DNA from: Patescibacteria group bacterium
GTDB lineage: Bacteria; Patescibacteriota; Patescibacteriia; SG8-24; DYFX01
Direction: 5' to 3'
DNA length: 64,000 nt
Assembly: GCA_030583805.1 (NCBI GenBank)
Contig: CP129476.1
Coordinates: forward strand, 437,453 to 501,452
Below, piece after piece: positions 27,090-35,830 of the stretch. Within the stretch, counting starts at the first letter, position 1. Each line of letters opens with the position of its first letter. The notes under the pieces were generated by a model that saw nothing but the letters and a program-made list of their open reading frames with translations, searched no databases and was not told where the DNA came from. Position numbers and translations under genes: made by a program.

Positions 27090-27815
27090 TCATGGCAGGC
27101 CGAGACGACGCTTGATTGATTCCAGCACGGGATCGAAGGTCAGGGACACGTGGATCTCGCCCATAACGTCCAGCATGCGAAGCTTCTCTTCGTCTTCCGG
27201 AGTTTCCACGATGCCGATGCGATGCTCCTTCTCGTGACCGATCAGCTTGTCGCCGCCGGTATCGCCGACGCCGATCAACCGCTCGTGCGGAATCCCGTGC
27301 GTGTCGGCGAAATGCCGCGAGCGGTCGCCCTTGTGCTCGGGAATGACGAGCGAGGTCTTGTCGTAGCCGACGACCACGTCGCCGTCATGCACGAGCCGGC
27401 CGGCATAGATGGCATCGAAGTGCACGCCGTGGCGCGCGAAGAGGTACTCGATGAAATCCGCGCAGCCGTAGGACACGGCGGCAAACGGGATGTTCTCAAC
27501 GGCGCAGAACAGGTACGCCTCGATGACGCCCTCGCGCACCTCGACGGTGTCGAGCGCGGCTTGCCATGCCTGACGGGTCAACCCGTGTTCGATGTAGACG
27601 TCGAACGTCTTGTAGAGCCAGGCCATCTGATCGGCGGGCGTCAGGCGCCCAGCCTTGGCCATTGGCGTGTAGTACGCGCGCAAGGCGATCATTTCATCGT
27701 TTGCGCTCTCGGGCAGCGCATGATCATCGACCACCTTCACGAGTGCACCGCTTTTTACCGGCGTGAGCGTGCCGTCAACGTCCGAGGTAATACCCCAATC
27801 CGCGCGTCTGATCAT
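27090..27815 (-). CDS. HAD-superfamily hydrolase
   Basis: HAD motif I DVDGTLT near the N-terminus when started at ATG 27813-27815 (MIRRADWGITSDVDGTLT). Later GDTGGD resembles motif IV. Confidence 0.55.
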   Translation of the reverse strand: MIRRADWGITSDVDGTLTPVKSGALVKVVDDHALPESANDEMIALRAYYTPMAKAGRLTPADQMAWLYKTFDVYIEHGLTRQAWQAALDTVEVREGVIEAYLFCAVENIPFAAVSYGCADFIEYLFARHGVHFDAIYAGRLVHDGDVVVGYDKTSLVIPEHKGDRSRHFADTHGIPHERLIGVGDTGGDKLIGHEKEHRIGIVETPEDEEKLRMLDVMGEIHVSLTFDPVLESIKRRLGLP

Positions 27816-27893
27816 GGGAACTCCTGGCCGGAAAAACGACCGTGCGATCAGGGTAAAGAAAACGCCCGTCGGAGTCAACCGACAGGCGCCCTC

Positions 27894-27922
27894 TTGACAA
27901 ATCTGTTTTTTTCGCGTACAAT
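27894..27922 (+). promoter_or_regulatory. Sigma70-like promoter (TTGACA-N17-TACAAT)
   Basis: TTGACA at 27894-27899, 17-nt spacer, TACAAT at 27917-27922, in a low-GC intergenic region with no annotated plus-strand gene downstream. Confidence 0.4.
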
Positions 27923-27928
27923 CCTTTG

Positions 27929-28135
27929 TCATGCTCGAGGTGGAACCAATCTGCCGAACGAGCATGGCCTTCCCCGCGCCATCGCTCTTTCACTCGGCCC
28001 CCGGCCGAGCACGCAGACCCATAAAAACTCTCCGAGCCTGACTCACTACACGTGGGGAAGATGGAGAATGAAAATGGGAAAACATGGTTCAGCCCACTGA
28101 CCCTCTTAGCCACAGAGGGTTTTATTATTTGTATT
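27929..28135 (+). ncRNA. Candidate about 200-nt small RNA (or leaderless small-protein mRNA) delimited by promoter and intrinsic terminator
   Basis: Predicted TSS about 7 nt after the -10. Internal stems: catgctcg/cgagcatg, ctcggcc/ggccgag, ccccgcg/cgtgggg. Ends at the terminator 28101-28135. Contains a 36-codon ORF (ATG 27931). Confidence 0.25.
28101..28135 (+). terminator. Intrinsic terminator (ccctct-N7-agaggg + TTTTATTATTT)
   Basis: Perfect 6-bp stem with a 7-nt loop, followed by a T-rich tract on the plus strand. It overlaps the stop of the minus-strand TrmB gene, so it may act bidirectionally. Confidence 0.45.
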
Positions 28136-28886
28136 GGTCTGCTTGCTTCCAAGCAAGATCAAACAGAGTCCTTACCATTGTTGCCATTTCTTTACTTTCG
28201 ATAATGACGCCAACGAGCTTTCCGCGCAATGCAATCATTGCCACCCTATCGCCGTAGACGGTGAGTTCTCCGTGCATTGGGAAGAGCTTATGAGGTAATT
28301 TCTTGTATTCCCAGAGACCCGTCGAATCAGATGGGTTTTCCTTACCTGACTCTGTGGTAAACAGTGCCCTGCCTTTAATTTTTTTATTATCCAATCTCTT
28401 GTTGTGTTTTTTCCAATGCTCTTCTGGCAATAGATGACGTAGATCGTCATAAGAAATGACATCCTCCATCTTGTTTGCACCAGATTCAAAAATCGTCTCG
28501 CGCATTGCCTCTAAACCCTCAACACCTTCAAAAAAAGAAACCTTCGGGCGCTCTCCTGCAGCGTCTGAGATTGCCTCTAAATCCGGGAGCAAACGCTTGA
28601 TCACCAATTCTTTCTCGTCAACAGCCGCACGTTCATGATGCACAATACGATGCAATCGTTCAGGCTTTTCAGCCGTGTAGAGTGTTTTTTTACCCTTATC
28701 GAATGTGCTCATGAGTCCTTTCTGCAATAACGCTTCGATCATCACGTACGTTGTTGCACGATTCACCTCAGCTTTACGTGCAATCACTTGCACAGGAGAT
28801 GGTCCCAATTCCAACGAGGCCAGGTAAACGAGCGCTTCTTTGTCAGATAGGCCCAACTTCTCTAATTCCCTTGCGAGCATTTTCAT
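28125..28886 (-). CDS. TrmB-family transcriptional regulator (paralog 1)
   Basis: N-terminal wHTH LEKLGLSDKEALVYLASLELGPS...IARKAEVNRATTYVMIEAL and a C-terminal TrmB effector-like domain. Low-GC gene. Confidence 0.7.
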   Translation of the reverse strand: MKMLARELEKLGLSDKEALVYLASLELGPSPVQVIARKAEVNRATTYVMIEALLQKGLMSTFDKGKKTLYTAEKPERLHRIVHHERAAVDEKELVIKRLLPDLEAISDAAGERPKVSFFEGVEGLEAMRETIFESGANKMEDVISYDDLRHLLPEEHWKKHNKRLDNKKIKGRALFTTESGKENPSDSTGLWEYKKLPHKLFPMHGELTVYGDRVAMIALRGKLVGVIIESKEMATMVRTLFDLAWKQADQYK

Positions 28887-28912
28887 AAGCTATAAGCAAA
28901 AAATACTGTTTG

Positions 28913-28941
28913 AGTATAGCTGACAAAATCTTTTTTGTAAA
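28913..28941 (-). promoter_or_regulatory. Sigma70-like promoter for TrmB paralog 1 (TTACAA-N17-TATACT on minus strand)
   Basis: Reverse complement of 28913-28941 reads TTACAA..17 nt..TATACT, about 26 nt upstream of the ATG. Confidence 0.3.
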
Positions 28942-28943
28942 AG

Positions 28944-29696
28944 TCACTTCGAACGCCAGGCAGCCTCAAAAAGCATTTTTACCAATTTTGCAGCAGAAGA
29001 GCTTTTAATCAGGATTCCTCGAATCTGCGATTCGTAAGTAACAATCGTCACAAAATCGCCAAAAACAGCAATTTCGCTATTGACATCTTGGTAATCACCC
29101 TTCCAGTTTTTGTACTTCCAGGTATTGCTATCGGTAACGTAGTGTTGTTTAAAACTACGATTCGAAAAATAGATCTCCCGGCCCTTAATACCGAGTTTAC
29201 GCATCTTCAAAATATGCATGACACGTGCCGCTTCCGGAACAAGTCGAATAAACTCACTTGGATTCCCAATGACGTCTATGAGCTTTGCTTTGGACTCGTA
29301 AAGCACCTGATGCATCGCTTGCAACCCCTCCAACCCCTCATAATACTTCACCTCCGGCTTCTCCCCCGCAATCGCAATCAGCGACTCAAGACCGGGAAGC
29401 AGAGACTTCAACTTCGACTCGCGTTCGGCGAGTTTCTTTTTTTCTTCTTCGATGAGACGCAAAAGCTGGGCGGGGCGTTCCGCTTGGAAAAATTGCTTCT
29501 TGCCGCGGGTATGGGAACTCATGAGGCCGCGTTTCACGAGACCGCCGATCGCCACATAGGCGGTCGGACGGACGACGGCGGCCTTGGCGGCCAGCTGCTG
29601 GGCCGTCGCGGCGCCGGATTCGAGCGCTGCCACGAAGACTTTTACTTCGTTCGGACTGAGCCCCAGCTCTTCCAATTGTTTTTGGACAGACTCCAT
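28944..29696 (-). CDS. TrmB-family transcriptional regulator (paralog 2)
   Basis: LEELGLSPNEVKVFVAALESGAATAQQLAAKAAVVRPTAYVAIGGLVKRGL; aligns to paralog 1 along its full length. Start at ATG 29694-29696 (MESVQ). Confidence 0.7.
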   Translation of the reverse strand: MESVQKQLEELGLSPNEVKVFVAALESGAATAQQLAAKAAVVRPTAYVAIGGLVKRGLMSSHTRGKKQFFQAERPAQLLRLIEEEKKKLAERESKLKSLLPGLESLIAIAGEKPEVKYYEGLEGLQAMHQVLYESKAKLIDVIGNPSEFIRLVPEAARVMHILKMRKLGIKGREIYFSNRSFKQHYVTDSNTWKYKNWKGDYQDVNSEIAVFGDFVTIVTYESQIRGILIKSSSAAKLVKMLFEAAWRSK

Positions 29697-29729
29697 ATCG
29701 TAGCCACATGGTACCATGTTTCTTCAAAA

Positions 29730-29747
29730 GTGTCAAATGCTTGACAC
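29730..29747. promoter_or_regulatory. Perfect inverted repeat GTGTCAA-atgc-TTGACAC in divergent promoter region (candidate operator)
   Basis: 7-bp arms with a 4-bp spacer between the TrmB paralog 2 start and the methyltransferase start. The right arm contains TTGACA. Confidence 0.35.
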
Positions 29748-29760
29748 TTTATGAGCTGGT

Positions 29761-30417
29761 GTGATAGGTCTTGCCTACGATTTGTTATCCACACCTATGG
29801 ACCCCTCACTGCCCTACTGGGACGACGTCGCTCCGCGCTGGGACGCGCTGCTCGGCGATTCCAACGCCTTCATGAACTACCAGGAAAGCTTCCGACGCTT
29901 TCATTGGTTCTTGAAGCGCGCGCTCAAGATCGGCAACCGCACCAAATCCTACCGCTTGCTCGACCTCGCCTGCGGCACCGGCGAGGCTTCGTGGCCGCTC
30001 TGGAAGCGCGTCGCTTCCGTCACCTTCCTAGACCGTTCGCCGAGCATGCTGCGGGCGGCGCGCAATAAATACCCGAAGGGCATCTTCGTGCGCGGAGACG
30101 CCGCCTCGCTCCCCTTCTTGGACGCGGAGTTCGATGTCGTGGTCTCGCGAGGCGCCGTGCTTTCCCAGCTCGATACCGATCGCATCGAAGCGGCCTGCGC
30201 CCACGTCTGGCGCATCCTGAGGCCGCAAGGCTATTTCTTCTTCGACTTCGTGACCGACCCGAAACTCGTCCAGGCCCCGGAGGGGGTCTACCGTACGGGC
30301 TGGCGGCGCAAGGAAGCGGAAGCCATGCTTCTCCACTCTCTTCCGGGCGCGACGATTCTGGCCTACGACGGCACGGAGGCGCACGCTTTCAACCGCATCC
30401 TGGTACGAAAGCCCTAA
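29761..30417 (+). CDS. Class I SAM-dependent methyltransferase
   Basis: Motif I LDLACGTGE, motif post-I VTFLDRS, and a DVVVSRGAV region. Confidence 0.65.
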   Translation: MIGLAYDLLSTPMDPSLPYWDDVAPRWDALLGDSNAFMNYQESFRRFHWFLKRALKIGNRTKSYRLLDLACGTGEASWPLWKRVASVTFLDRSPSMLRAARNKYPKGIFVRGDAASLPFLDAEFDVVVSRGAVLSQLDTDRIEAACAHVWRILRPQGYFFFDFVTDPKLVQAPEGVYRTGWRRKEAEAMLLHSLPGATILAYDGTEAHAFNRILVRKP

Positions 30418-30418
30418 T

Positions 30419-30952
30419 ATGGCGAAACGCGAGTTTACCCTGCCAATCCAAGCAGAGGCGGCACGCGAGGCTCTGGGTACCGTCTGTAGCCCCGTAAAAC
30501 GCTCCCAGATCGACGATCTCCTCTTTCGCCGTCCAGACGGCGTTCTGGCTCGTCTACGCCGCCAGGACACGGTTACGCGCCTCAGCTGCACGCACCCAGG
30601 AGCCGTCTCCGAAGCTCCGGAAACGATCGTGCTCGACCACCCGGCCTGCCGCCGCTTCCTTGAGCTCCTCGGCTTCGAAACGGTCGATCGTGTCCGCTTC
30701 ATGCGAGAGACCTGGCGCCACTGCCAATACCTGCTGCACCTCGACCGCACGGAGGCCTTGGGCGATTTTCTGACCGTCGAATCCGAAGCCGGCACTGCTA
30801 CGCACCAAGCCTATCGGCGGCAAGTCTTGAAATACCTGAGGAATCTGGGGGTTTCGCCCACAGAGCCGGGGGTTGACAGCTCCCCCGACCTTCCCTATAC
30901 TGCCCCTATCGTCCCGGGTCGTCCGAAGCGATTCGAACCCCAAGGGACCTAA
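30419..30952 (+). CDS. CYTH-domain protein (CyaB/thiamine-triphosphatase-like)
   Basis: N-terminal ExxLP block, [49 protein letters not shown]. The pattern resembles the CYTH fold. Confidence 0.45.
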   Translation: MAKREFTLPIQAEAAREALGTVCSPVKRSQIDDLLFRRPDGVLARLRRQDTVTRLSCTHPGAVSEAPETIVLDHPACRRFLELLGFETVDRVRFMRETWRHCQYLLHLDRTEALGDFLTVESEAGTATHQAYRRQVLKYLRNLGVSPTEPGVDSSPDLPYTAPIVPGRPKRFEPQGT

Positions 30953-30963
30953 AACACTCTGGT

Positions 30964-31248
30964 ATGGCAACAAAAAAAGCAGGCGGCTCTACACAACTTG
31001 GCCGCGATTCCATCTCCAAGCGCCTGGGCGTGAAGCTCTCGGGAGGCTCGGTGGCCAAAATCGGAGCGATCATCGTGCGCCAGCGCGGTACCAAGGTCCA
31101 CCCGGGCCTGAACACCAAGCGTGCCGGCGACGACACGATCTTCGCCACGGCGAACGGCAAAGTCCGTTTCGCCACCCGCAAGGCTCGCCGTTTCGACGGC
31201 ACCTTGAAGGCCAGGACGTACGTCCACGTCGATACGAAGAGCGCGTAA
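30964..31248 (+). CDS. rpmA: 50S ribosomal protein L27
   Basis: [50 protein letters not shown]...GDDTIFA matches the bL27 signature. Confidence 0.85.
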   Translation: MATKKAGGSTQLGRDSISKRLGVKLSGGSVAKIGAIIVRQRGTKVHPGLNTKRAGDDTIFATANGKVRFATRKARRFDGTLKARTYVHVDTKSA

Positions 31249-31278
31249 GCGCCTTCCTCAACGCCAAGGAAGAAAAAA

Positions 31279-31306
31279 CCGGCCCTTCATGAAGGCCGGT
31301 TTTTTC
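31279..31306. terminator. Bidirectional intrinsic terminator (A-run, ccggccc-ttcatgaa-ggccgg, T-run)
   Basis: aaaaaaccggcccttcatgaaggccggttttttcg between rpmA (+) and the convergent 31338..31880 gene (-). Confidence 0.6.
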
Positions 31307-31337
31307 GTATTGAAAAACTCCCAACCACAGGCGGGAG

Positions 31338-31880
31338 TTAGCACTCTTCAGAAGTTGGAACGTCGGCGGCTTCCCGGATGGGTTCTCCGGCGAAAAGCTC
31401 GTACTCGCCGAAGCTGGCCGAGAAGCCTTGTCGGCCCACGCTGCGCACGGGAAAGAAGCCGAGGATGCGTTTCTCCTTGCTCTCCTTGCGGTACATGAAT
31501 CGCAAGACGCCGGCGTAGCCGTTCATCTGGATCGGCTGCGGCAGCGTGAGTCCGGTCGCAACGCAACCTGCCTCCGCGTGCTGGCCGAGCAGGGCCAGGA
31601 AAGCGTGGGGCGAGATGGGATCCAGGCCGTTCTCCGCCAAGAGCTCCAAGGCGCGAAGATCGTTGATGCTCGCCGCGTACGGCCGCACCAGCGCGATCAG
31701 CGTGATCGGCACGACGCGCGGTTCCGTGAGCGCTTCCATCTGGAAGTGATCGGCGACGCGGTCGAGGCCCCCGAACATCGGATCCTGATCCAACCGCACG
31801 TTCGCGGCGGACAAGAGATCGTCGAAGCGGTCGTTGGGACTGATACGGGTCGGAAGGATCTGTTTCGGTACGAATGACAA
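31338..31880 (-). CDS. Hypothetical protein (180 aa)
   Basis: Protein-like composition. The overlapping 292-aa frame (31348..32226) is Arg-rich and rejected. Confidence 0.4.
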   Translation of the reverse strand: MSFVPKQILPTRISPNDRFDDLLSAANVRLDQDPMFGGLDRVADHFQMEALTEPRVVPITLIALVRPYAASINDLRALELLAENGLDPISPHAFLALLGQHAEAGCVATGLTLPQPIQMNGYAGVLRFMYRKESKEKRILGFFPVRSVGRQGFSASFGEYELFAGEPIREAADVPTSEEC

Positions 31881-31941
31881 GGGCCACCTCCTGGGCGGAA
31901 GCTATCACTTCTCCGCGCCACTGGCAACATCGTGGAAAGGA

Positions 31942-31983
31942 TTGACGTGGGAGGTGTTCTGCGCTAGGTTCGAATCCAAGGAG
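31942..31983 (+). promoter_or_regulatory. Promoter-like TTGACG-N17-TAGGTT plus AAGGAG SD upstream of PadR-like gene
   Basis: TTGACG at 31942, TAGGTT at 31965, AAGGAG at 31978, ATG at 31989. Confidence 0.3.
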
Positions 31984-31988
31984 CACCG

Positions 31989-32318
31989 ATGACACGACCT
32001 CTCGCGCCCGCCGCAAGCGAAACGCTGATCTTGCTGGAACTGTGCCGAGGCGTCGGAGATGCGCTCGAGCTCCGAAAACGGCTGAAGGCACGCATGACCC
32101 CCTCGCCGCCACCAACCAAGAACACGTTCTACAACGGATGGGGCAGGCTCGTGAAAAGCGGCCTAGTGGAAAGTACGGTGGAACGAACGCCCTTGCGCCG
32201 AGGTCGCGTCGGCCACCCGCGCACATTCTTCTCCATCACGCCCTCTGGCAAAACAGAAGCGCAGCGCATCTCAGACGCGCTGCGCAGAACCCTTCTTCCG
32301 CCTCATGTCGAACCTTGA
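31989..32318 (+). CDS. PadR-family transcriptional regulator
   Basis: LILLELCRGVGDALELRKRL...GWGRLVKSGLVES fits the PadR winged-helix signature. Confidence 0.5.
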   Translation: MTRPLAPAASETLILLELCRGVGDALELRKRLKARMTPSPPPTKNTFYNGWGRLVKSGLVESTVERTPLRRGRVGHPRTFFSITPSGKTEAQRISDALRRTLLPPHVEP

Positions 32319-32325
32319 GGCTTTT

Positions 32326-33948
32326 TTATTTCTTGACCGCCGCCTTGATGAAAGCGTTGAACAGCGGATGCGGCCTGAGCGGACGCGACAGGAACTCCGG
32401 ATGGAACTGCACGCCGACGAAGAACGGGTGATTCTTGATTTCGACGATTTCGACGAGTTTGCCGTCGGGCGAGGTGCCGGAAATTGTGAGACCAGCCTTC
32501 TCCAGGCGCGCGCGGTAGTCGTTGTTGAATTCGTAGCGGTGACGATGGCGTTCTTTGATCTCGCGCTTTCCGTAGGCCGCGCGAGCGTGCGACTTCGGAG
32601 CCAGCGCGCAGGGATAGCTGCCGAGGCGCATCGTGCCTCCGTATTTCCCCTTCCGCACGATCGCCTCCTGATCCGGCATGATGTGGATCACGGGATGTTT
32701 CGCCTCCGGATTCACTTCAGCCGTATTGGCTCCGGCGAGACCGGCCACGTGTCGCGCGAATTCGATCGTCGCAAGCTGCATGCCGTAGCACAAGCCGAAG
32801 TACGGAATCTTCTTTTCGCGCGCATACCGGATAACGTTGATTTTGCCTTCGACGCCGCGGCTGCCGAAACCGCCGGGCACCAAAATGCCGTCGTACTTGG
32901 AAAGTTCTTTCAGTTTCTCGGGACTGCTCTCGAATTCCGTCGCGTCGAGCCAGTCGAGCTGCGGTTCGACATTGTTGTGCCAAGCCGCCGCTTTGACCGC
33001 CTCGATGACGGAAATGTACGCGTCGGTCAGGGAGAAGTCGCCGCTCGAAAAATATTTGCCGACGATGGCGATTTTGACCGGCTTCTTTTCGGCGTGAATA
33101 GTCTTCACCAGTTTCGCCCAATCCTTCAAATCGACGCGCCGGCGCTGCCGCAAACCGAACTTTGAAAGAATGCGCTTGCCGACCTGGTCCCGCTCGAAGT
33201 TGAGCGGCACGTCGTAGATCGAGGCGGCGTCGGGAGCGGAAATGACGTCGCGTTCATCGATCGAGCAGAATTGGGAAAGCTTGCGCTTGCGCGGCTCGTC
33301 GAGCGGCTTGGAAGCGCGCGCGATGATGAAGTCCGGCTGAATACCGGCGGAGTTCAGCGTGCGGACGGCGTATTGCGTCGGCTTCGTCTTCATTTCGCCC
33401 AGGTTGTACGGGATCGGCAAGTACGAAACCAATACGAAGAGCACGTCCTGCGGATTCTTGAGGCGCATCATGCGCGCCGCCTCGAGGAACAGGATGTTCT
33501 GGTATTCGCCGACCGTGCCGCCGATCTCGACAAGGCAGATATCGGCCTTCGCTTCCTTGGCCGCGCGCTTCACACGGCGAATAATCTCCTCCGGCACGTG
33601 CGGCACGACTTCAACCGTGCGGCCGCCGTATTCCAAATTGCGTTCGCGCTCGATGACTTCGCGGTACACGCGGCCGGTCGTCATGTAGTTCACCGACGTG
33701 ATATCGGTGTCGAGAAAGCGCTCGTAGTTGCCGATGTCCTGGTCGGTCTCATCGCCGTCTTCGGTGACGAAGACTTCCCCGTGCTCCACGGGATTCATCG
33801 TGCCGGCGTCGACGTTGATGTACGGATCGATCTTCACGGCCGTGACGCGGAACCCTTTCGATTGGAGAATGCGCCCGATCGAGGCCGTAGCCGTACCCTT
33901 GCCGACGCCGCTCATGACGCCACCGACGATGAAGATGAACTTGGACAT
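32326..33948 (-). CDS. pyrG: CTP synthase
   Basis: N-terminal synthetase domain (KFIFIVGGVMSGVGKG) and C-terminal glutamine amidotransferase with GICYGMQ-like (GLCYGMQLA) and HPEF motifs. Confidence 0.9.
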   Translation of the reverse strand: MSKFIFIVGGVMSGVGKGTATASIGRILQSKGFRVTAVKIDPYINVDAGTMNPVEHGEVFVTEDGDETDQDIGNYERFLDTDITSVNYMTTGRVYREVIERERNLEYGGRTVEVVPHVPEEIIRRVKRAAKEAKADICLVEIGGTVGEYQNILFLEAARMMRLKNPQDVLFVLVSYLPIPYNLGEMKTKPTQYAVRTLNSAGIQPDFIIARASKPLDEPRKRKLSQFCSIDERDVISAPDAASIYDVPLNFERDQVGKRILSKFGLRQRRRVDLKDWAKLVKTIHAEKKPVKIAIVGKYFSSGDFSLTDAYISVIEAVKAAAWHNNVEPQLDWLDATEFESSPEKLKELSKYDGILVPGGFGSRGVEGKINVIRYAREKKIPYFGLCYGMQLATIEFARHVAGLAGANTAEVNPEAKHPVIHIMPDQEAIVRKGKYGGTMRLGSYPCALAPKSHARAAYGKREIKERHRHRYEFNNDYRARLEKAGLTISGTSPDGKLVEIVEIKNHPFFVGVQFHPEFLSRPLRPHPLFNAFIKAAVKK

Positions 33949-33960
33949 GGGAGGAGAACG

Positions 33961-34548
33961 TTATGGACGAGGTTTTTCGTTTTTCGGTTTGGACGCGCCT
34001 TCGGCCGGAGGTTTCATGATGCCGAGCGTAATCAGCGCCTTTTCAAGCACGGGGCGGACGTCTTCATAGCTCGATTTCTGCATCGCTTCGCGCGGATCAA
34101 CCCAGACGATCTGGCGAATCTTCTCGTTCTTCTGAGGGCTCCCCCACTCGCCGGCGGGAGCTTCCATCAAAAAGTAGTGCACGAATTTATGCACGAGCAT
34201 GCCCTTGCTGCCTGGGCGGTATTTTTCCCGGAACCAAAAGTCGATCGTGCCGAGCGGCAAGCGGAGCTTGAGTCCGCGCAGCGCCATCTCTTCGGCTGTT
34301 TCGCGCAGCGCCGCGTGCTCGATCGTCTCGCCCGGTTCGACGTGGCCTTTGGCGAACGTCCATTTACCGAACGGGTCGAGCATGAGCGACATCTTGAGAC
34401 CCTTGCGCGTGCGCTTGTAGACGATGCCACCGGCCGAAATTTCGACCTGCACGCGCGGCGGACCCTTCTTGCGCGCGCGGCCGCGGCGCGCATCCGGACG
34501 ATGCTTGCGAGGCGGAGTGGCCGCCGCCTGCGGCTGTTGCGAATCCAT
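33961..34548 (-). CDS. NUDIX hydrolase
   Basis: Nudix box GHVEPGETIEHAALRETAEEMAL. Start at ATG 34546-34548 (MDSQQ). Confidence 0.65.
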   Translation of the reverse strand: MDSQQPQAAATPPRKHRPDARRGRARKKGPPRVQVEISAGGIVYKRTRKGLKMSLMLDPFGKWTFAKGHVEPGETIEHAALRETAEEMALRGLKLRLPLGTIDFWFREKYRPGSKGMLVHKFVHYFLMEAPAGEWGSPQKNEKIRQIVWVDPREAMQKSSYEDVRPVLEKALITLGIMKPPAEGASKPKNEKPRP

Positions 34549-34549
34549 G

Positions 34550-35830
34550 TTATTTCCTTGAAGTCTTTTTTGGAGCTGGCGGCACCGTGCCGTCGAACCA
34601 GGCCTTGGCGGCATCAAGCTGAGGATCGCGGTCGTTGTCGTAATCCTCCTCGCTGCGTTCAACCACGTAGTCCGGCGTGATGCCGTTGTCGTTGATATTA
34701 TTCCCGTTCGGCGTAAGCCACTCCGCGATCGTCAATTTGACCGACGAGCCGTCGCCCAAATCGATGAGATCCTGCACGGAGCCTTTTCCGAAGGTTTGCG
34801 TGCCGATCAGGATGCCCTTGTCGAAATCCTGAAGCGCGCCGGCGACGATTTCGGAAGCGGAGGCAGATCCGCCGTTTACCAGCACGATCGTCGGAATGTC
34901 CTTGAGCCGGCCGCGGCCGGTGGCCTGGTGCGGATCGCTTGAACCGTCGGAGAAACGCTCGGACACGGCGGTCTCGCCGGGAATCCACTCACCGAGCATC
35001 CGCACCGACACGTCCAAATACCCGCCGGGGTTGTTGCGGAGATCGAGGATGATGCCATCAATGTCCCGCGTGCGGATCTGCGTTACGGCATCGAGGAATC
35101 GATCGAACGTGTCGCCGTTGAAATTCGAAACGGTAATAACCGCGAGTTTCTTGCCGTTCGGCGAGGTAACGAACGCCGTCTTCACGCTTTGGATCGCGAT
35201 CGTATCGCGCGTGATCGTGATTTCGCGAGGCGCGGTTTCTTCTCCGCGAAGCACCGTCAATTTCACCTTCGTTCCCTTGTCACCGCGAATCCGGCTCACG
35301 GCCGCATCGAGCGACATTCCGTAGGTGTCCACGTCATCGATCGCAAGAATATGATCGCCGGCCTTGAGGCCACCCTTCTCGGCCGGGGAACCGGAAAGCG
35401 GCGCAACGATAACAAGTTCTCCTTTCTTCATGCCGATTTCAGCTCCGATTCCCTCGAATTTTCCGGAAAGCTGTTTCGAAAATTCTTCGGACTCGACCGG
35501 CTCGAGGAACATGGAGTGCGGGTCGCCGAGCGACGCCACCATGCCGCGCAACGCGCCGTAATACATCTGCCTCTCGTTGACGGGCTGCTTGGCGTAGCGC
35601 TCTTGGATGATGGACCAGAGATCCCAGAACTGTTCGAAGTCGACGACGCCGCCCGAACGGTCGAGTTCGGCATTAACGAACTCGATGCTCCCAGTTGCGG
35701 AACCGACCGGTCCGCGCGCCCAGCGGCCCGAACCCATGCGGTAGCCCCACAAGAAGGAAGCGACGATAAAAACCAACGCCAGATAGACGCCGACGGCTTT
35801 GCGCGCGCGATTGTTTTCAGGAATACTCAT
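34550..35830 (-). CDS. ctpA: Carboxyl-terminal processing protease (S41) with PDZ domain
   Basis: N-terminal TM, PDZ (GDHILAIDDVDTYGMSLDAAVSRIRG), and S41 catalytic region (LVNGGSASASEIVAGALQD...K dyad). Confidence 0.8.
   Translation of the reverse strand: MSIPENNRARKAVGVYLALVFIVASFLWGYRMGSGRWARGPVGSATGSIEFVNAELDRSGGVVDFEQFWDLWSIIQERYAKQPVNERQMYYGALRGMVASLGDPHSMFLEPVESEEFSKQLSGKFEGIGAEIGMKKGELVIVAPLSGSPAEKGGLKAGDHILAIDDVDTYGMSLDAAVSRIRGDKGTKVKLTVLRGEETAPREITITRDTIAIQSVKTAFVTSPNGKKLAVITVSNFNGDTFDRFLDAVTQIRTRDIDGIILDLRNNPGGYLDVSVRMLGEWIPGETAVSERFSDGSSDPHQATGRGRLKDIPTIVLVNGGSASASEIVAGALQDFDKGILIGTQTFGKGSVQDLIDLGDGSSVKLTIAEWLTPNGNNINDNGITPDYVVERSEEDYDNDRDPQLDAAKAWFDGTVPPAPKKTSRK

Noticed and set aside
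28061-28203. 47-codon ORF (MENENGKTWFSPLTLLATEGFIICIGLLASKQDQTESLPLLPFLYFR) with GGGGAAG upstream
   Set aside because: It runs through the intrinsic terminator hairpin and 79 nt into the convergent TrmB gene, so it is more likely non-coding 3' sequence of the candidate small transcript.
30925-30945. GATTCGAACCCC (possible tRNA T-arm in either orientation)
   Set aside because: It lies inside the coding region of the CYTH-like gene, and neither strand folds into a cloverleaf.
31960-31988. tRNA-like T-loop sequence GGTTCGAATCC upstream of the PadR-like gene
   Set aside because: The flanks cannot form a T-stem, and no acceptor or anticodon arms can be built upstream. The sequence sits between a promoter-like element and an AAGGAG SD, so it is treated as a chance match.
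31348-32226. 292-aa Arg-rich ORF overlapping the 31338..31880 gene
   Set aside because: Alternative frame with more than 20% Arg and no motifs. The 180-aa frame has balanced, protein-like composition.
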